The notes below the pieces were generated by a model that worked only from the letters and a program-made list of their open reading frames with translations, did not search any database and had not been told where the DNA came from. A stretch of 34,620 nucleotides of DNA, taken from positions 83,244,515-83,279,134 of the forward strand of contig NC_068988.1 of NCBI RefSeq assembly GCF_001194135.2, written 5' to 3'. Below, in pieces: positions 20,950 to 31,877 of the stretch. The stretch comes from Octopus bimaculoides. Lineage: Eukaryota. The translations under genes were made by a program, and so were the position numbers. Within the stretch, counting starts at the first letter, position 1, and the number at the start of each line of letters is the position of its first letter.

Positions 20950-23785
20950 AACAACACGGCTTCGACTCCACAAGTCCCGATCCACCACTGAACCTTTTAG
21001 TTTCCTTTATGTTTTACACACATGCGGCTTCATTCACTCTCAACATCCACGTTACTTCCTTCCTGCCACACACCCAGCTTTGGTCTACGCTTAATCGATG
21101 GTCCTAATTCACCCAAACTGGTGAATCAAGGAAGGATCAGTTTGATGAACGGAGACCACACCCGTTCACCATCCAGATAGAGCCAGAGATGCCTCAGCCT
21201 CAACACATGCCTGTGCATCATTAGCCATGGCTTCCCTAACCCACCCTTTGGCGGCTGTTGGCAGCAGATAGAGCGATTTACAAGTGAACCCCTGCCCCAC
21301 AACAAAAAGTGGAAGAGCAATCATTCCATCTTGCTTAGCTTCGAATAGGTATAAGGCACGACAGTCAGGCAGTTGATAATCACAGATGCGATAAACACAC
21401 TTGTGACCTCCGCCCTCCCTTTCAGGGATAGCCACCACTCAGACCAGGTGTGAGTTAGGTTGGTCACCCTGCTCACCACCTTGCTCCAATTCTTCTCTAT
21501 CTGGAGGTCCGGACTGAACCAGACTCCAAGCAATTTAACCGGGCCCTCCTTCCAAAGCCTGATGACATTGTTAGGAGGTATCGACTTGTTTCTCTAAGTG
21601 CCAAGTTGCAACACAACTGACTTATCCCAGTTAATTTTTGCTCCTGCCACCACCTTGTACTCCTTAATGGTCTCGCCTACCCTCTGTAGGAGGTCCACCT
21701 CAGACACAATGATGGTGATGTCGTCCGCATACACCATAACCGATTTTCCGCAACCGAGATCACGCAGAACGTCCCTCATACCCTCCAACTTTCGCAGTAA
21801 AGGTTCCAGAGCCAACACATACAAAAGTGGGGAGAGGGGACATCTTTGACGCACCGAACGCTTGATGTAGAACGGTTTCAAGAAGAAACCGTTCACCCGA
21901 ACGATCGAATCAATGTAGCTGTATAAATCAATGATCCACTTACGGAAGGTCAGGCCAAATCTGACCACTGCGAGGACCGCCACCAGATACTGATGGTCAA
22001 TCCTGCCAAAAGCTTTGGATTGGTCTAAATAGACCAAATTTCCACCCTTGCGAGGAAGCTTATTTACTCTCTAAGGCATAGTGCATAAAGTGGAGATTGT
22101 CCTGAATGGATCTGTCGGGAATGGTGTAAGTTTGTGCCTCCCCGACAAGTCCACCCACAACATGCTCTAACCTTTTTACTAGTACCTGGGCCAAAATCTT
22201 CAACTCTGTGTTAAGCAGAGTTCTGGGCTGAAAGTTATCTACTATATCCCTTTTATTTGGGTCCTTTCTAAGCAGCACCACAACCTCCCGGCTCACAGAT
22301 CTAGGTATAAACCTATTCTGCCACCAGTTGGTGTAGACGCATGCTAGTAAGTGCCCAAACAAGTTTGGCATACTGTATTATATGCCATACTGTATTATAG
22401 CTCGTAGAGAAGACCATCCAGTCCCAGCGACTTGTTACACTGCAGTCCGACAACGCCTCCTCCACCTCCGCAGCTGTGATCAGTCCTTCACAGCACTCCG
22501 CGTCTCGTCCTGAGAGACGCGGCAACCTGGTGAGGAAGTTCGTGAGGTCCTTCTTACACTCCAGTCCACTGCTCCTCCCAAACAGCTGGGTGAAATGCTC
22601 GTGAAAAGCCTTGCACATCTCAGGTTCGTTTACTGCATGCTCATGTTGATCCGTTAAAGACCTTATTGTAATATCATTGCCATGTTGGGTCTCTACCACA
22701 CGGTCCATCCAACAGCGTTGATTCTCTTTCATCCCATTGCATGGAGCTTAGCTCTGACAATGCATCCCTTATGTCAAGCCTCGAGGTGTTGGTTGAGCAC
22801 CAATCTCACGGTTACCACTTGGGTCGCATTGCCAGTCTTCAATGCCTCTTCTAGGTCCTTAAATAGGTCCCTTTCTATTCTAGCCTTCTTACTTGCTAGC
22901 TGTTTGCTAAACCTAACAGACTTAAAAGTGACGGCTCTTTTGAAGGCAGCCACCATTTGTTGTTAATAACGGATCCAGTCAATGCCCTCATTACTAATTG
23001 CCTAATCTGACTCCTGTACTCCCCACAGTCCAAAAGTGACTTGTTGAGTTTCCAGTAGCCAGGACCCTATCTACAAACTCTATCTAAGTCAAGCCTACAG
23101 GTCACAAATTTGTGATCACTGAAACTGACGTAGTGAAATTGTGGACACCTGGCTAAGTCATTGTCTTTGCGCCTAACAATAATCCTATCTAAGTGAGACC
23201 TTGAAGACCCATCGCTATTAGATCATGTCCACAATGGAGCATCTGAGAATTCTAGTCTGTACCGATCTGCCAGCTGAAAACGACTGAGCAGATTGATGAG
23301 GCAGGAGTTACCCCTCCTATCTGGATTTGAGCCAACACAATCTACGCATGCATCGCAAATTGTATTAAAGTTTCCTAACAACAGTAAAGTATGTGACGTT
23401 TCAAGAAAATTCTCTAGGCTTTGAAAAATGTCTGACTGTCCAGTTCTACAAGGACAGCCACCAACCTGAAGGTTTTACCACTCCAATGTATCACATCAAC
23501 GAGGACTAGCCTGCCCTCAGGGTCGACAAAGATTGTTCTTAACTGTAGTTTCAAATCCTTCCTGAGTAGAACCGCGACACCTCCCTCATCTCCAGGATGG
23601 CATAGAGAAATAATTTTTTTGTAGCCGTTCAGAAATGGGAGAAAACCCTGCAGTCCACTCAGTCTGGTTTCTGTGGAAACTATTACATCCAATCTAAGCA
23701 ATCTGAGGCCATTAAGGAGACGTCCTTGCTTCCAATCTTCCCTCAGGCTGCATACATTTATACAACCTATGTGGAGTGTAGACAT
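20950..23785 (-). pseudogene. LINE ORF2 (EN + RT), many stops and frameshifts, CCHC region absent
   Basis: IGCINVCSL, ETRL, FSDHKFVTC, LLNTELKILA, LDQSKAFGRIDH, SVRQRCPLSPLLYVLALEPLL, VYADDI, LGVWF. Confidence 0.9.
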
Positions 23786-23789
23786 AAAA

Positions 23790-24680
23790 GAAACTTACCT
23801 TTGGTTTAGATGGGATGGTAATCCCATCTCATCCTTCATTCTGGAGCTTGTGAGTTCTCCTTAATAAGACCATCAAAAATTTGAGAAGAAAAATCTTTCC
23901 TCAGAGTTGCCTATGTCTTTGGGGAATTCACTTGTAAGTATTTTATAGTTTAAACTATGTAGAATATTTTAACATTTTTTGAGTTATTTTTGTAATTATT
24001 TTTGTATGATTCTGCTGTGGGAATTTTATGTAGTTTGTACATAAGTCTATTATTATTGGCATTCACAGCCATAATATTGTTGTCTGGTTTGGTGGGGAAG
24101 GAGGGGCATGTGTGTGTGTGTGTGTGTCTTGTGTGCATGTCAGGGTTTTTTTTACATGTACTGGGGCTGCTGGGGGTGGGGTGGGAATTTTTCCTTTTCT
24201 TTTTTTGGTGGATAATCCATTCCATTTCTGGTGTGTCCTCTGAAGTATGTTCCCTCTTTGTCTCTGCTTCAGGGGCTGCGTTGGCTGTCATTGAGGGTGC
24301 AGTATCTTTACCAGGAGGTGGGGGAGCCGAATCTTTTCTCGGGCAGAAGCTTGCACTCTGCTCTTATGTGGCCCTTTTGACCACATTTGTAGCATGTGGG
24401 CTTCCTCCCCTCAACGTCACCCGAAGCCTGGTCTCCTCCTCCACCTGTAGAGTTTCCACAATTTGCTCTTAGCAGGGGCCGTTTGTATCAACATCTCTAT
24501 CCCTTGTCCTTGCCAGTTTTGTTGCTCTATTTTGGTTGCCTGGAGGATGGAAATTTTATCCTCCAGGCCCATCACAAGTGTCCATCACAAGAGGCAACGT
24601 CCACCTCTGGAGAGATTTCTCCTACCCTTATCCTGGAAGTGCGTCTTCCAAGATATGTGGACAGGAGGACCACCTCTCGC
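23790..24680 (-). pseudogene. LINE ORF1 3' part with CX2CX4HX4C knuckle
   Basis: CYKCGQKGHIRAEC at about 24350-24395. Confidence 0.75.
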
Positions 24681-25135
24681 ATATATAGTAAAGTCTTCGT
24701 CATTACTTTTCTCAATGTTCAAACACTTCCAACATGCGTTGAACAAAGAGGTTTCTTTTTCACTGAACATCTTACATAAAATGTTAACTGTGTCCGTAAA
24801 ATTTGTCATCATATTGTTTAGGCAGTATAAAGTTACTGTATTTTTCATGCTCTGTTGTCACCAGTTTCTTCAAAATTAGACATGTTTTCATTTCGTCAGT
24901 ACAGTCTTTACATTCTGTTTGGAAACTTTGTTCAAATCTTCGGTAATATACCTTTTTCTGAGTCATATTTAATTTCATTTACTAAATTCACTTCATGGTC
25001 TAGTGAAAACATATTTTCAGGTTTTGTTACCAACTTCATTAGTTGTAGCATCTGTTGCTGTAACATTTGTTGTTCTGTGAGTTGTTCTTGTTGTTGTTGT
25101 GGCTGTTTTTGTGACTCAACTAAACCTGCTAACAA
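24680..25135 (-). pseudogene. gag: Mag-clade Ty3/gypsy gag N-terminal remnant
   Basis: FEQSFQTECK..TDEMKTCLILKKLVTTEHEKYSNFILPKQ, then (frameshift) FTDTVNILCKMFSEKETSLFNACWKCLNIEKSNDEDFTIYA, resembling Mag-lineage (K02A2.6-like) gag. Confidence 0.8.
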
Positions 25136-25256
25136 GTTTTCCTATATTTTACGAATTTTTGGAAAAAAGTGTGCAACAAAACATTTGTTATTCCTCTGTT
25201 GAGCTGTTAATTTCTCCACGTGAATATTTTTTTAAGTCCTCCGCGTGAATTGTTTA

Positions 25257-25270
25257 TATCCCTGTCACCA
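25257..25270 (-). promoter_or_regulatory. primer binding site (PBS)
   Basis: TGGTGACAGGGATA 6 nt downstream of the LTR end and upstream of gag. The cognate tRNA was not determined. Confidence 0.6.
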
Positions 25271-25276
25271 GTCTTA

Positions 25277-25649
25277 TGATGTGGTATTTTCTGCAGTTAT
25301 AATGCGTGCTCACTGTTGTGACTGTAGCAGTTGTGTCTACTCTAGTAACCATGATATTTTCTTGATAACGGAGACAGTGTATCTCTTCTATATCAGAATA
25401 GAAATGTACCACTTCATCTATCATGCTATCGCTGATAGCTCTGCAAGACACTGAATCTGAACTGTTTACCTTGACAGTGACTCGAACTCGACTATAATAC
25501 GTAACTGACACTTAACTCCAACTGAGAACTTGTACAACGACTCTTCAATGACTGATACACTACTCTATGTACTGGTTCACACCATTTCACTTTATAGTGG
25601 CTGTATCATACCACTTGTTTTGTGGGAGGTGTGTACCATTTCCACTACA
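25277..25649 (-). mobile_element. 5' LTR of the Mag-type element (about 373 bp)
   Basis: TGTAGTGG...CCACATCA termini (6/8 inverted match, TG..CA), followed by PBS and gag. End positions are uncertain by a few bp. Confidence 0.7.
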
Positions 25650-25699
25650 ACAGTAAGTTATGTCTAAAAGAATCATTAACCATTCTTCGCTGTCACAAT

Positions 25700-26935
25700 T
25701 CCTCATTACTCAATAGATTCTCTGATATTATTTATTGTTGTAAACACGGATTCTACTCAACTTTCACACACTTCGCTAAATCTATATAATCCTATAATAA
25801 GTTTCCATACCCCAAAAAACCTTAATCTAAAATAAAGTCAGACTTGCAACCTACTACTTAATAAATACTACCCCACCTCCATCTTATTCCTTACTATACA
25901 CATATCTCAAATTTCTTCCAAATCTTCAAATCAACCACTTCCCACCTTCCTCTAAGCCTCCCCACGCTCCCCATCACACATCTCAAATTTCTTCCAAATC
26001 TTCAAATCAACCACTTCCCACCTTCCTCTAAGCCTCCCCACCNNNNNNNNNNCCTTCCTCTAAGTCTCCCCACCCTCCCCATCACACATCTCAAATTTCT
26101 TCCAAATCTTCAAATCAACCACTTCCCACCTTCCTCTAAGCCTCCCCACGCTCCCCATCACACATCTCAAATTTCTTCCAAATCTTCAAATCAACCACTT
26201 CCCACCTTCCTCTAAGCCTCCCCACCCTCCCCAACCTCAAACAGTACTTAAAACGCCACTCCTTTGAAAACTACCAACCCAATTCCTTTGTCTCACTAAC
26301 AACTACTTTTGACCACCTCCTCACCCCACTTAGCTACTGAACCAGTCAACTCATTTGCCCCAATTAATAGCAAGCCCTTTTCACTATCTCAACCTTTACC
26401 TCTATAGCCTTCATACAAGCTATCACAAAGGTCATTACTCACATACTACCTAAGCCACCCTTCCCCCTTCCTCCCACCTTCCACCTCTACTTCTATCACT
26501 AGCCTCATTATTAACCCTAACCCTGAAATCTATTTTCTCCTCCCACTACTCTCTATCTAAACACCCCAACTTCCCTTCCTAACACGCTTAGCTCTCCACA
26601 AAATCATTCCATCTTTAAACTCCATCCTGTCAACACCTCAAATGTAAAATTCTCCCGAAGATAGAGGTGGTGTTATCCGAAAATGGATCCAAGTAACAAT
26701 CATCATTCCAGACTACCAAGTCCCCGGAAACAGCTGTTGGACTTGTAAAACTCTACCCATTTAACTCCTAATATCATTTATATTCTGTAAGTTGGACTAC
26801 TTTATATCCATACACATGTACACTTTTTCTATTAAATGTATTCAATATTCTGTGTAAATCGACTTGCCTAACTTGTTTCTCATTACATTTACTCATCTAC
26901 TGGCTCAGGTACAAATTTCCTGAGCACTTTAATGT
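25700..26935 (+). mobile_element. possible non-autonomous Penelope-like derivative (C-rich, degenerate hammerhead motif)
   Basis: Weak HTPKNLNLK similarity to the PLE N-terminal IIPKGLxLK motif at about 25808-25835, a C-rich body, and CCGAAGA...GAAACAGCTGTT near the 3' end. Boundaries are approximate. Confidence 0.35.
25905..26232. repeat. 76-bp C/T-rich tandem repeat, about 4.5 copies spanning a 10-N gap
   Basis: Units start at 25905, 25981, 26089 and 26165. Copy number is uncertain because of the gap at 26043-26052. Confidence 0.9.
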
Positions 26936-26992
26936 GCATTCTATATAGAGAACACCTCTCTCTATATGTATGTGTGTGTGTGTGGTCACTCT

Positions 26993-27061
26993 TGACTGCT
27001 ACTGGTAACATGTAATCCAGTACAACCTGTTGCATGGTCAGGTCGTCGGCGACTAAACTAG
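26993..27061 (+). ncRNA. candidate HDV-like self-cleaving ribozyme (degenerate) at the RTE 5' end
   Basis: Hand-folded order P1-P2-P3-L3(ACCUGU)-P3'-P1'-GG-P4-CUAA-P2'. One mismatch each in P2 and P3, two wobbles in P1. Confidence 0.45.
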
Positions 27062-27634
27062 CTTGCTTGATGAGGAGGGTGTTGTTGGATACCCTGCGGA
27101 ATGAAAAATAAAACCCATCAAAGGGCAGAGGAATGAGCTACTCTGTGTTGATCACCGGAGTGTTATTTGATCACTTCACAATGTGTTTGAGCGTCGGTTT
27201 GGGGTCAGGAATTGGATAGCTAACCTCATGGGCAGGTAGAAGCTCTATAACCTTGATTGATAATCTACCTAGGAGAAGAAAATCTCCAAAATAAAGCCTG
27301 AGGCCTTGGAACTTCCTAGTTTTGTCAATTTTCATGTCACACTGGTGAAAGTTTTCTTGGGCCAATAGGTGGGGGTAGTGCAGTGTAAGCTACACCCACT
27401 GAAAATTATTCATCTGCATAGGTACTTCCTGTACACCAAATCTTAGCAAAATCATTGAATTGGTTGATTGGTTGGTTGGTAGAAACCTAAAAATGCACTT
27501 GTAACTTACTCTAAAATGTCTCAAAGAAGTTCAGTAAATGGCAAAAAAAGGCTTGTGAATGTTGGGGGGGACAGGTCTGGCTCAGCAGGTGACCCAGTGT
27601 ATCACAGGCTGGGCCCAGTCTTCATCCTGCCACT

Positions 27635-30600
27635 GTGGTCAAACAATCTTCAAGAAAAAGTAAAAATAAACATCCTTTGAATTTTGGCTGTTGGAATGTG
27701 AGCACACTTCTTGATGATAATTTCAACAAGAGGCCAGAAAGGTGTACTGCACTTATTGCATGTGAGCTTAAGAAACCTTTCCTTGATATAGTTGCACTCC
27801 CCGAAACTCGTCTCTCTGGTGAGAGTCAAGTAAATGAACCTACTTATGGATATACTATCTTTTGGAGAGGCTTACTTAAGGGTCAGTGTAGAGAATCTGA
27901 TGTTGGGTTTGCTTTCAAGAATTCATTAGTATCCTGCATTGCAGAGCTTCCATGTGGTATATCTGAATGGACCATGTCATGCCGTATTAAACTGACAAAA
28001 GGTAGGTTTCTTACCATTGTTAGTATTTATGCACCAACAATGTCCCATTCTGATGAAACTGTAGGACAGTTTTATGATGATCTAGCACAATTATTGAGGA
28101 AAGTACCAATTTCTGACAAGCTGGTCATATTGGGAGATTTCAACGCAAGAGTTGGAAAGGACTGCGTTTCATGGCCTGTTTTAGGTTGACATGGGATTGG
28201 AAAATGTAATAAAAATGGAGTAGCCCTATTGATGTTTTGTACTGAGAATAATCTGGTTGTCACCAACACTCTGTTTAAGCAGAAAAATAAATATAAAACC
28301 ACCTGGATGCACCTGAGATCTAAGCACTGGCATCTCATAGATTATGTTTTGATCAGAAAACATGATATGAAAGACGTTTCTAGCATTCAGGCCATGACAG
28401 GAGCAGAGAGCTGGACTGACCATCGTCTAGTGTGTGGAAAAATAAATTTTTCGATAATGCCTAAAAATCGACAATCTAGTCCTAAGGTACCCAAAAAGTT
28501 AAATGTTGCAAACTTTAAATTATCAAGCAAATTGCAAAGATTCCACAACGCTATAGAAAGTATCAATCTTGACCCAAACAATCTATGGGAAGATTTCAAA
28601 ACAAAAGTATTTCAGGCTGCAAATTCATCAGTGGGATTTAAATCACATAAGTCCAGTGACTGGTTCTCAGGTAGATCAGCAGAAATTCATGATCTACTTT
28701 TAGGAAAACAAAACTTAGGCAATACACTTCTTTCTCAGTCCTTGAACTCAAACGAAGCTTACAGACAGCTGAAAGGGAAAGTGCAGACTGCTCTAAGGAA
28801 ACTTAAACAGGAATGGTGGAATAATAGAGCAAAAGGAGCACAAGAAGCAGAAATGATGCCAAGGCTTTGTACTCTTATGTTAAGGAGGTATATGGCCCAA
28901 GATCTTCAATAGCTCCAGTGAGAACAGCAAATGGACGTTTTCTAATGACTGACACCACTTCTATTCATAAGCGCTGGGTAGAACATTTTTCTGCACTTTT
29001 GAATAGACCATCATCTGCTGACATGAGGACGATAGAAAAAAATCGAACACCTTCCAGTTATAGAAAAGATGGCATTAGAACCAATTCTAAATGACATTTA
29101 TTTAGCTGTGAATAAGCTGAATAACAATAAGTCTCCAGGGTCTGATGGAATCTGTGCAGAAGTCTTGAAATATGGGGGTGACAAAATGTTTGAACTCTTA
29201 AATATATTAATACTAGCTGTTTTTCCCAGTTTCACTCAGGCAGTGTGGTGGATTTGGTTAAAGGCTATTTCCTATGTATAGTTTGAATAATAAAAAGAAC
29301 TAAAAATAAAAAGAACAAAAATTCCAAAAACAAAAAAAAGTAAGAACAACCCAAAAACAATATGATGCTAAGGATTTTGCGGGTTGATATTATAAAACTA
29401 ACTTCACGTGTGTACCCATAGCCCCATGTAGTCATGGAACCTTATTTGTGGTATAACCTCGCCTTAAAAGAAAAATATATTGTAGTGCAGTTGTTGTATT
29501 GGTGACACAAGAATGTTAATCGAAACTGTTCAAGATCAATCATAGGTTGGACGTTCATGTACACTGATTAGAATTGTNNNNNNNNNNNNNNNNNNNNNNN
29601 NNNNNNNNNNNNNNNNNNNNNNNNNNNNNNNNNNNNNNNNNNNNNNNNNNNNNNNNNNNNNNNNNNNNNNNNNNNNNNNNNNNNNNNNNNNNNNNNNNNN
29701 NNNNNNNNNNNNNNNNNNNNNNNNNNNNNNNNNNNNNNNNNNNNNNNNNNNNNNNNNNNNNNNNNNNNNNNNNNNNNNNNNNNNNNNNNNNNNNNNNNNN
29801 NNNNNNNNNNNNNNNNNNNNNNNNNNNNNNNNNNNNNNNNNNNNNNNNNNNNNNNNNNNNNNNNNNNNNNNNNNNNNNNNNNNNNNNNNNNNNNNNNNNN
29901 NNNNNNNNNNNNNNNNNNNNNNNNNNNNNNNNNNNNNNNNNNNNNNNNNNNNNNNNNNNNNNNNNNNNNNCCGACACTCAATCAATCAATCAAGAACACT
30001 GCAATTTATAGTATAGATATTAAACTGTTGGAGAGCTGAGAAAGTGCCTCAAGACTGGATTGATGCCATTTTGGTCTCCTTGTATAAATCAAGGCCAAAG
30101 GATCTGTGTGGTAATTTTCATGAGATTTCGCTTTTGTCTATGGTTGAAAAGATACTTGCCTGCATTTTGTTAGAACGTTTAAATACCTTCATAGTTCCAA
30201 ATATAGTGTTTGAGTCTCAGTGTGGTTTTCGTTCCTCCAGGGACACAGCTGATTGTATTTTTACTATCAGACAATTACAAGAAAAGTGCATTGAACAGAA
30301 TCTTGCCCTACACCATTACTTGGTTGATTTGAGCAAAGTATTCAATACTGTTAATCGAAATGCTCTGTGGATAATTCTAAGGAAAATAGGTTGTCCAGAA
30401 AATTTTGTAAACATGATCAAGGCTTTGCATCAAGATATGAAAGTTAGAGTTAATTTTGGTGGTAGGCTCTCTGAATCTTTTGTCGTGGAAAATGGAGTAA
30501 AGCAAGGTGACCTTGATGCACCCATCCTCTTTGCAATATACTTTGCTGTTGTGTTGTCACACGCTTTTCAAAACTCTGAGGGGAGTATTTACATAAAATA

Positions 30601-31450
30601 TTGAACAACGAGGGATGTTTTTAATCTGACCAGACTTAAATTCAAAATAAAGGTTTTTACTTCACTCATTAGGGAACTTTTATACACTAATGATTGCAAT
30701 CTTATCAGTCGTTCTGAAACAGGTCTGCATTCTCTTGTATCTGCATTTGACTCAGCTTGTAATGATTTTGGTTTGATCATCAGCTTGAAAAAAAACAGTT
30801 GCAATGCATCAATCTGTGTGTGGTGCTGTTTGTAACCCCACTGAAATTTTTGTTAAGGGTAAATTACTTGAGGTTGTCAATTTTTTCATCTACCTTGGAA
30901 GCTCTGTACAAAATGATGGAAATCTTGATACAGAACTACATCTGCGAATTCAAAGGGCAGCAAAAGCATTTGGTGGTTTGGAGTCATGTGTTTGGTGCCA
31001 GCAACATATAAATAAGAATACAAAGCTGGCTCTTTACAAATCATTTGTCTTACCATCCCTGTTGTATTCTTCTGAAACATGGATTTGTTATGAAAAACAT
31101 TTTAAATTATTAGAACAATTCCACCAAAAATGCCTTCATCGCATTTTAAACATTAAATGGAGTTCTTTTACTCCAAACACAAATGTCCTTGCATCTGCAG
31201 GTATCATCTCAATTAAAGCTATTTTGAGAAACCAAATGAGATGCTGTAGCCATATTGTTTGAATGACAGATGAATGTATATCCAAACAACTGTTTTATGG
31301 TAAGCTTGCAGAAGGGAAACGCTATTGGTGTAAACCTAAAAAAAAGTTTTAAGGACGCCATAAGGACTGCTATGAAGTCACTTGGAATGGATCCAGAGCA
31401 CATAGAAACCCTTGCTTCGGATCGAGTTGGATGGCGAACCAAATAAAATC
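27635..31450 (+). pseudogene. RTE ORF (APE endonuclease + RT), stops and frameshifts
   Basis: FGCWNVSTL, ETRL, SIYAPT, GDFNARVG, TTWMHLRSKHWHLIDYVL, WTDHRLV, KSPGSDGI, VPQDWIDA, ESQCGFR, DLSKVFNTV, GVKQGD, LYTND (degenerate YADD), FIYLGS, LLYSSETW. Confidence 0.92.
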
Positions 31451-31543
31451 AGGAACAGTTAAAATTCTGCCTAGGATCAATTACTAGCCTGCTAGCTTTG
31501 GCTATATCAAAATGGTTTTTTTGTATTGCCTCTACTACAACAT

Positions 31544-31607
31544 AGAACATGTTGCCTCTACTACAACATAGAAGTTAATAAATGAATTGTCAAGAAGACT
31601 CTGCCTG
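31544..31607 (+). repeat. 64-bp inverted repeat, left arm
   Basis: 63/64 identical to the reverse complement of 33488-33551. Preceded by a 22-bp tandem copy of part of the arm (31526-31547 vs 31552-31573). Confidence 0.95.
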
Positions 31608-31877
31608 GGTGTGAGCTTTGTTCTATGGAAACATATGAAATTTTTAAGCATAAAGAAAATAGCAACCTGATTAATAATAGATTAGACCTTAGGGTATTGT
31701 GTGTACATAGTGCCACTCATATTTTTAAATATTTTAGAAAGTAGCACTTTGTGATTTAAAACCTATAATGTACCTCTTAGTTTATAATCAGTGCATAGGT
31801 AGCATGCCCTATAGCATTGATTTTCCTTTAGTTAATATTGGGTTTCAATCATTAAGTAAATAAACAATTTTAGTTTT

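Larger units (their letters stand above)
20811..24680 (-). mobile_element. L1-clade (Tx1-like) LINE, copy B, 5'-truncated and internally deleted
   Basis: Collinear with copy A at protein level. ORF1 knuckle GRKPTCYKCGQKGHIRAEC. ORF2 starts at 23785. The 3' end resembles that of copy A (TTTGCC..AAGGC on the plus strand). Confidence 0.88.
26985..31455 (+). mobile_element. RTE-clade LINE, near full length, interrupted by an insertion at about 29222-30024
   Basis: Structured 5' UTR with a CTAGGAGAAGAAAATCTCC motif resembling RTE leaders, and a single EN+RT ORF from 27635. The 3' end is truncated. Confidence 0.9.

Noticed and set aside
25254-25511. 85-aa Val/Thr-rich ORF
   Set aside because: It coincides with the Mag LTR and PBS, so it is non-coding.
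17474-25649. The LTR-PBS-gag at 25.6 kb and pol-PPT-LTR at 17.5 kb as one gypsy element (same strand, correct order, both LTRs start TGTAGTG)
   Set aside because: The LTRs share no similarity beyond 7 nt, and the gag is Mag-like whereas the pol is CsRn1-like. They are two different elements.
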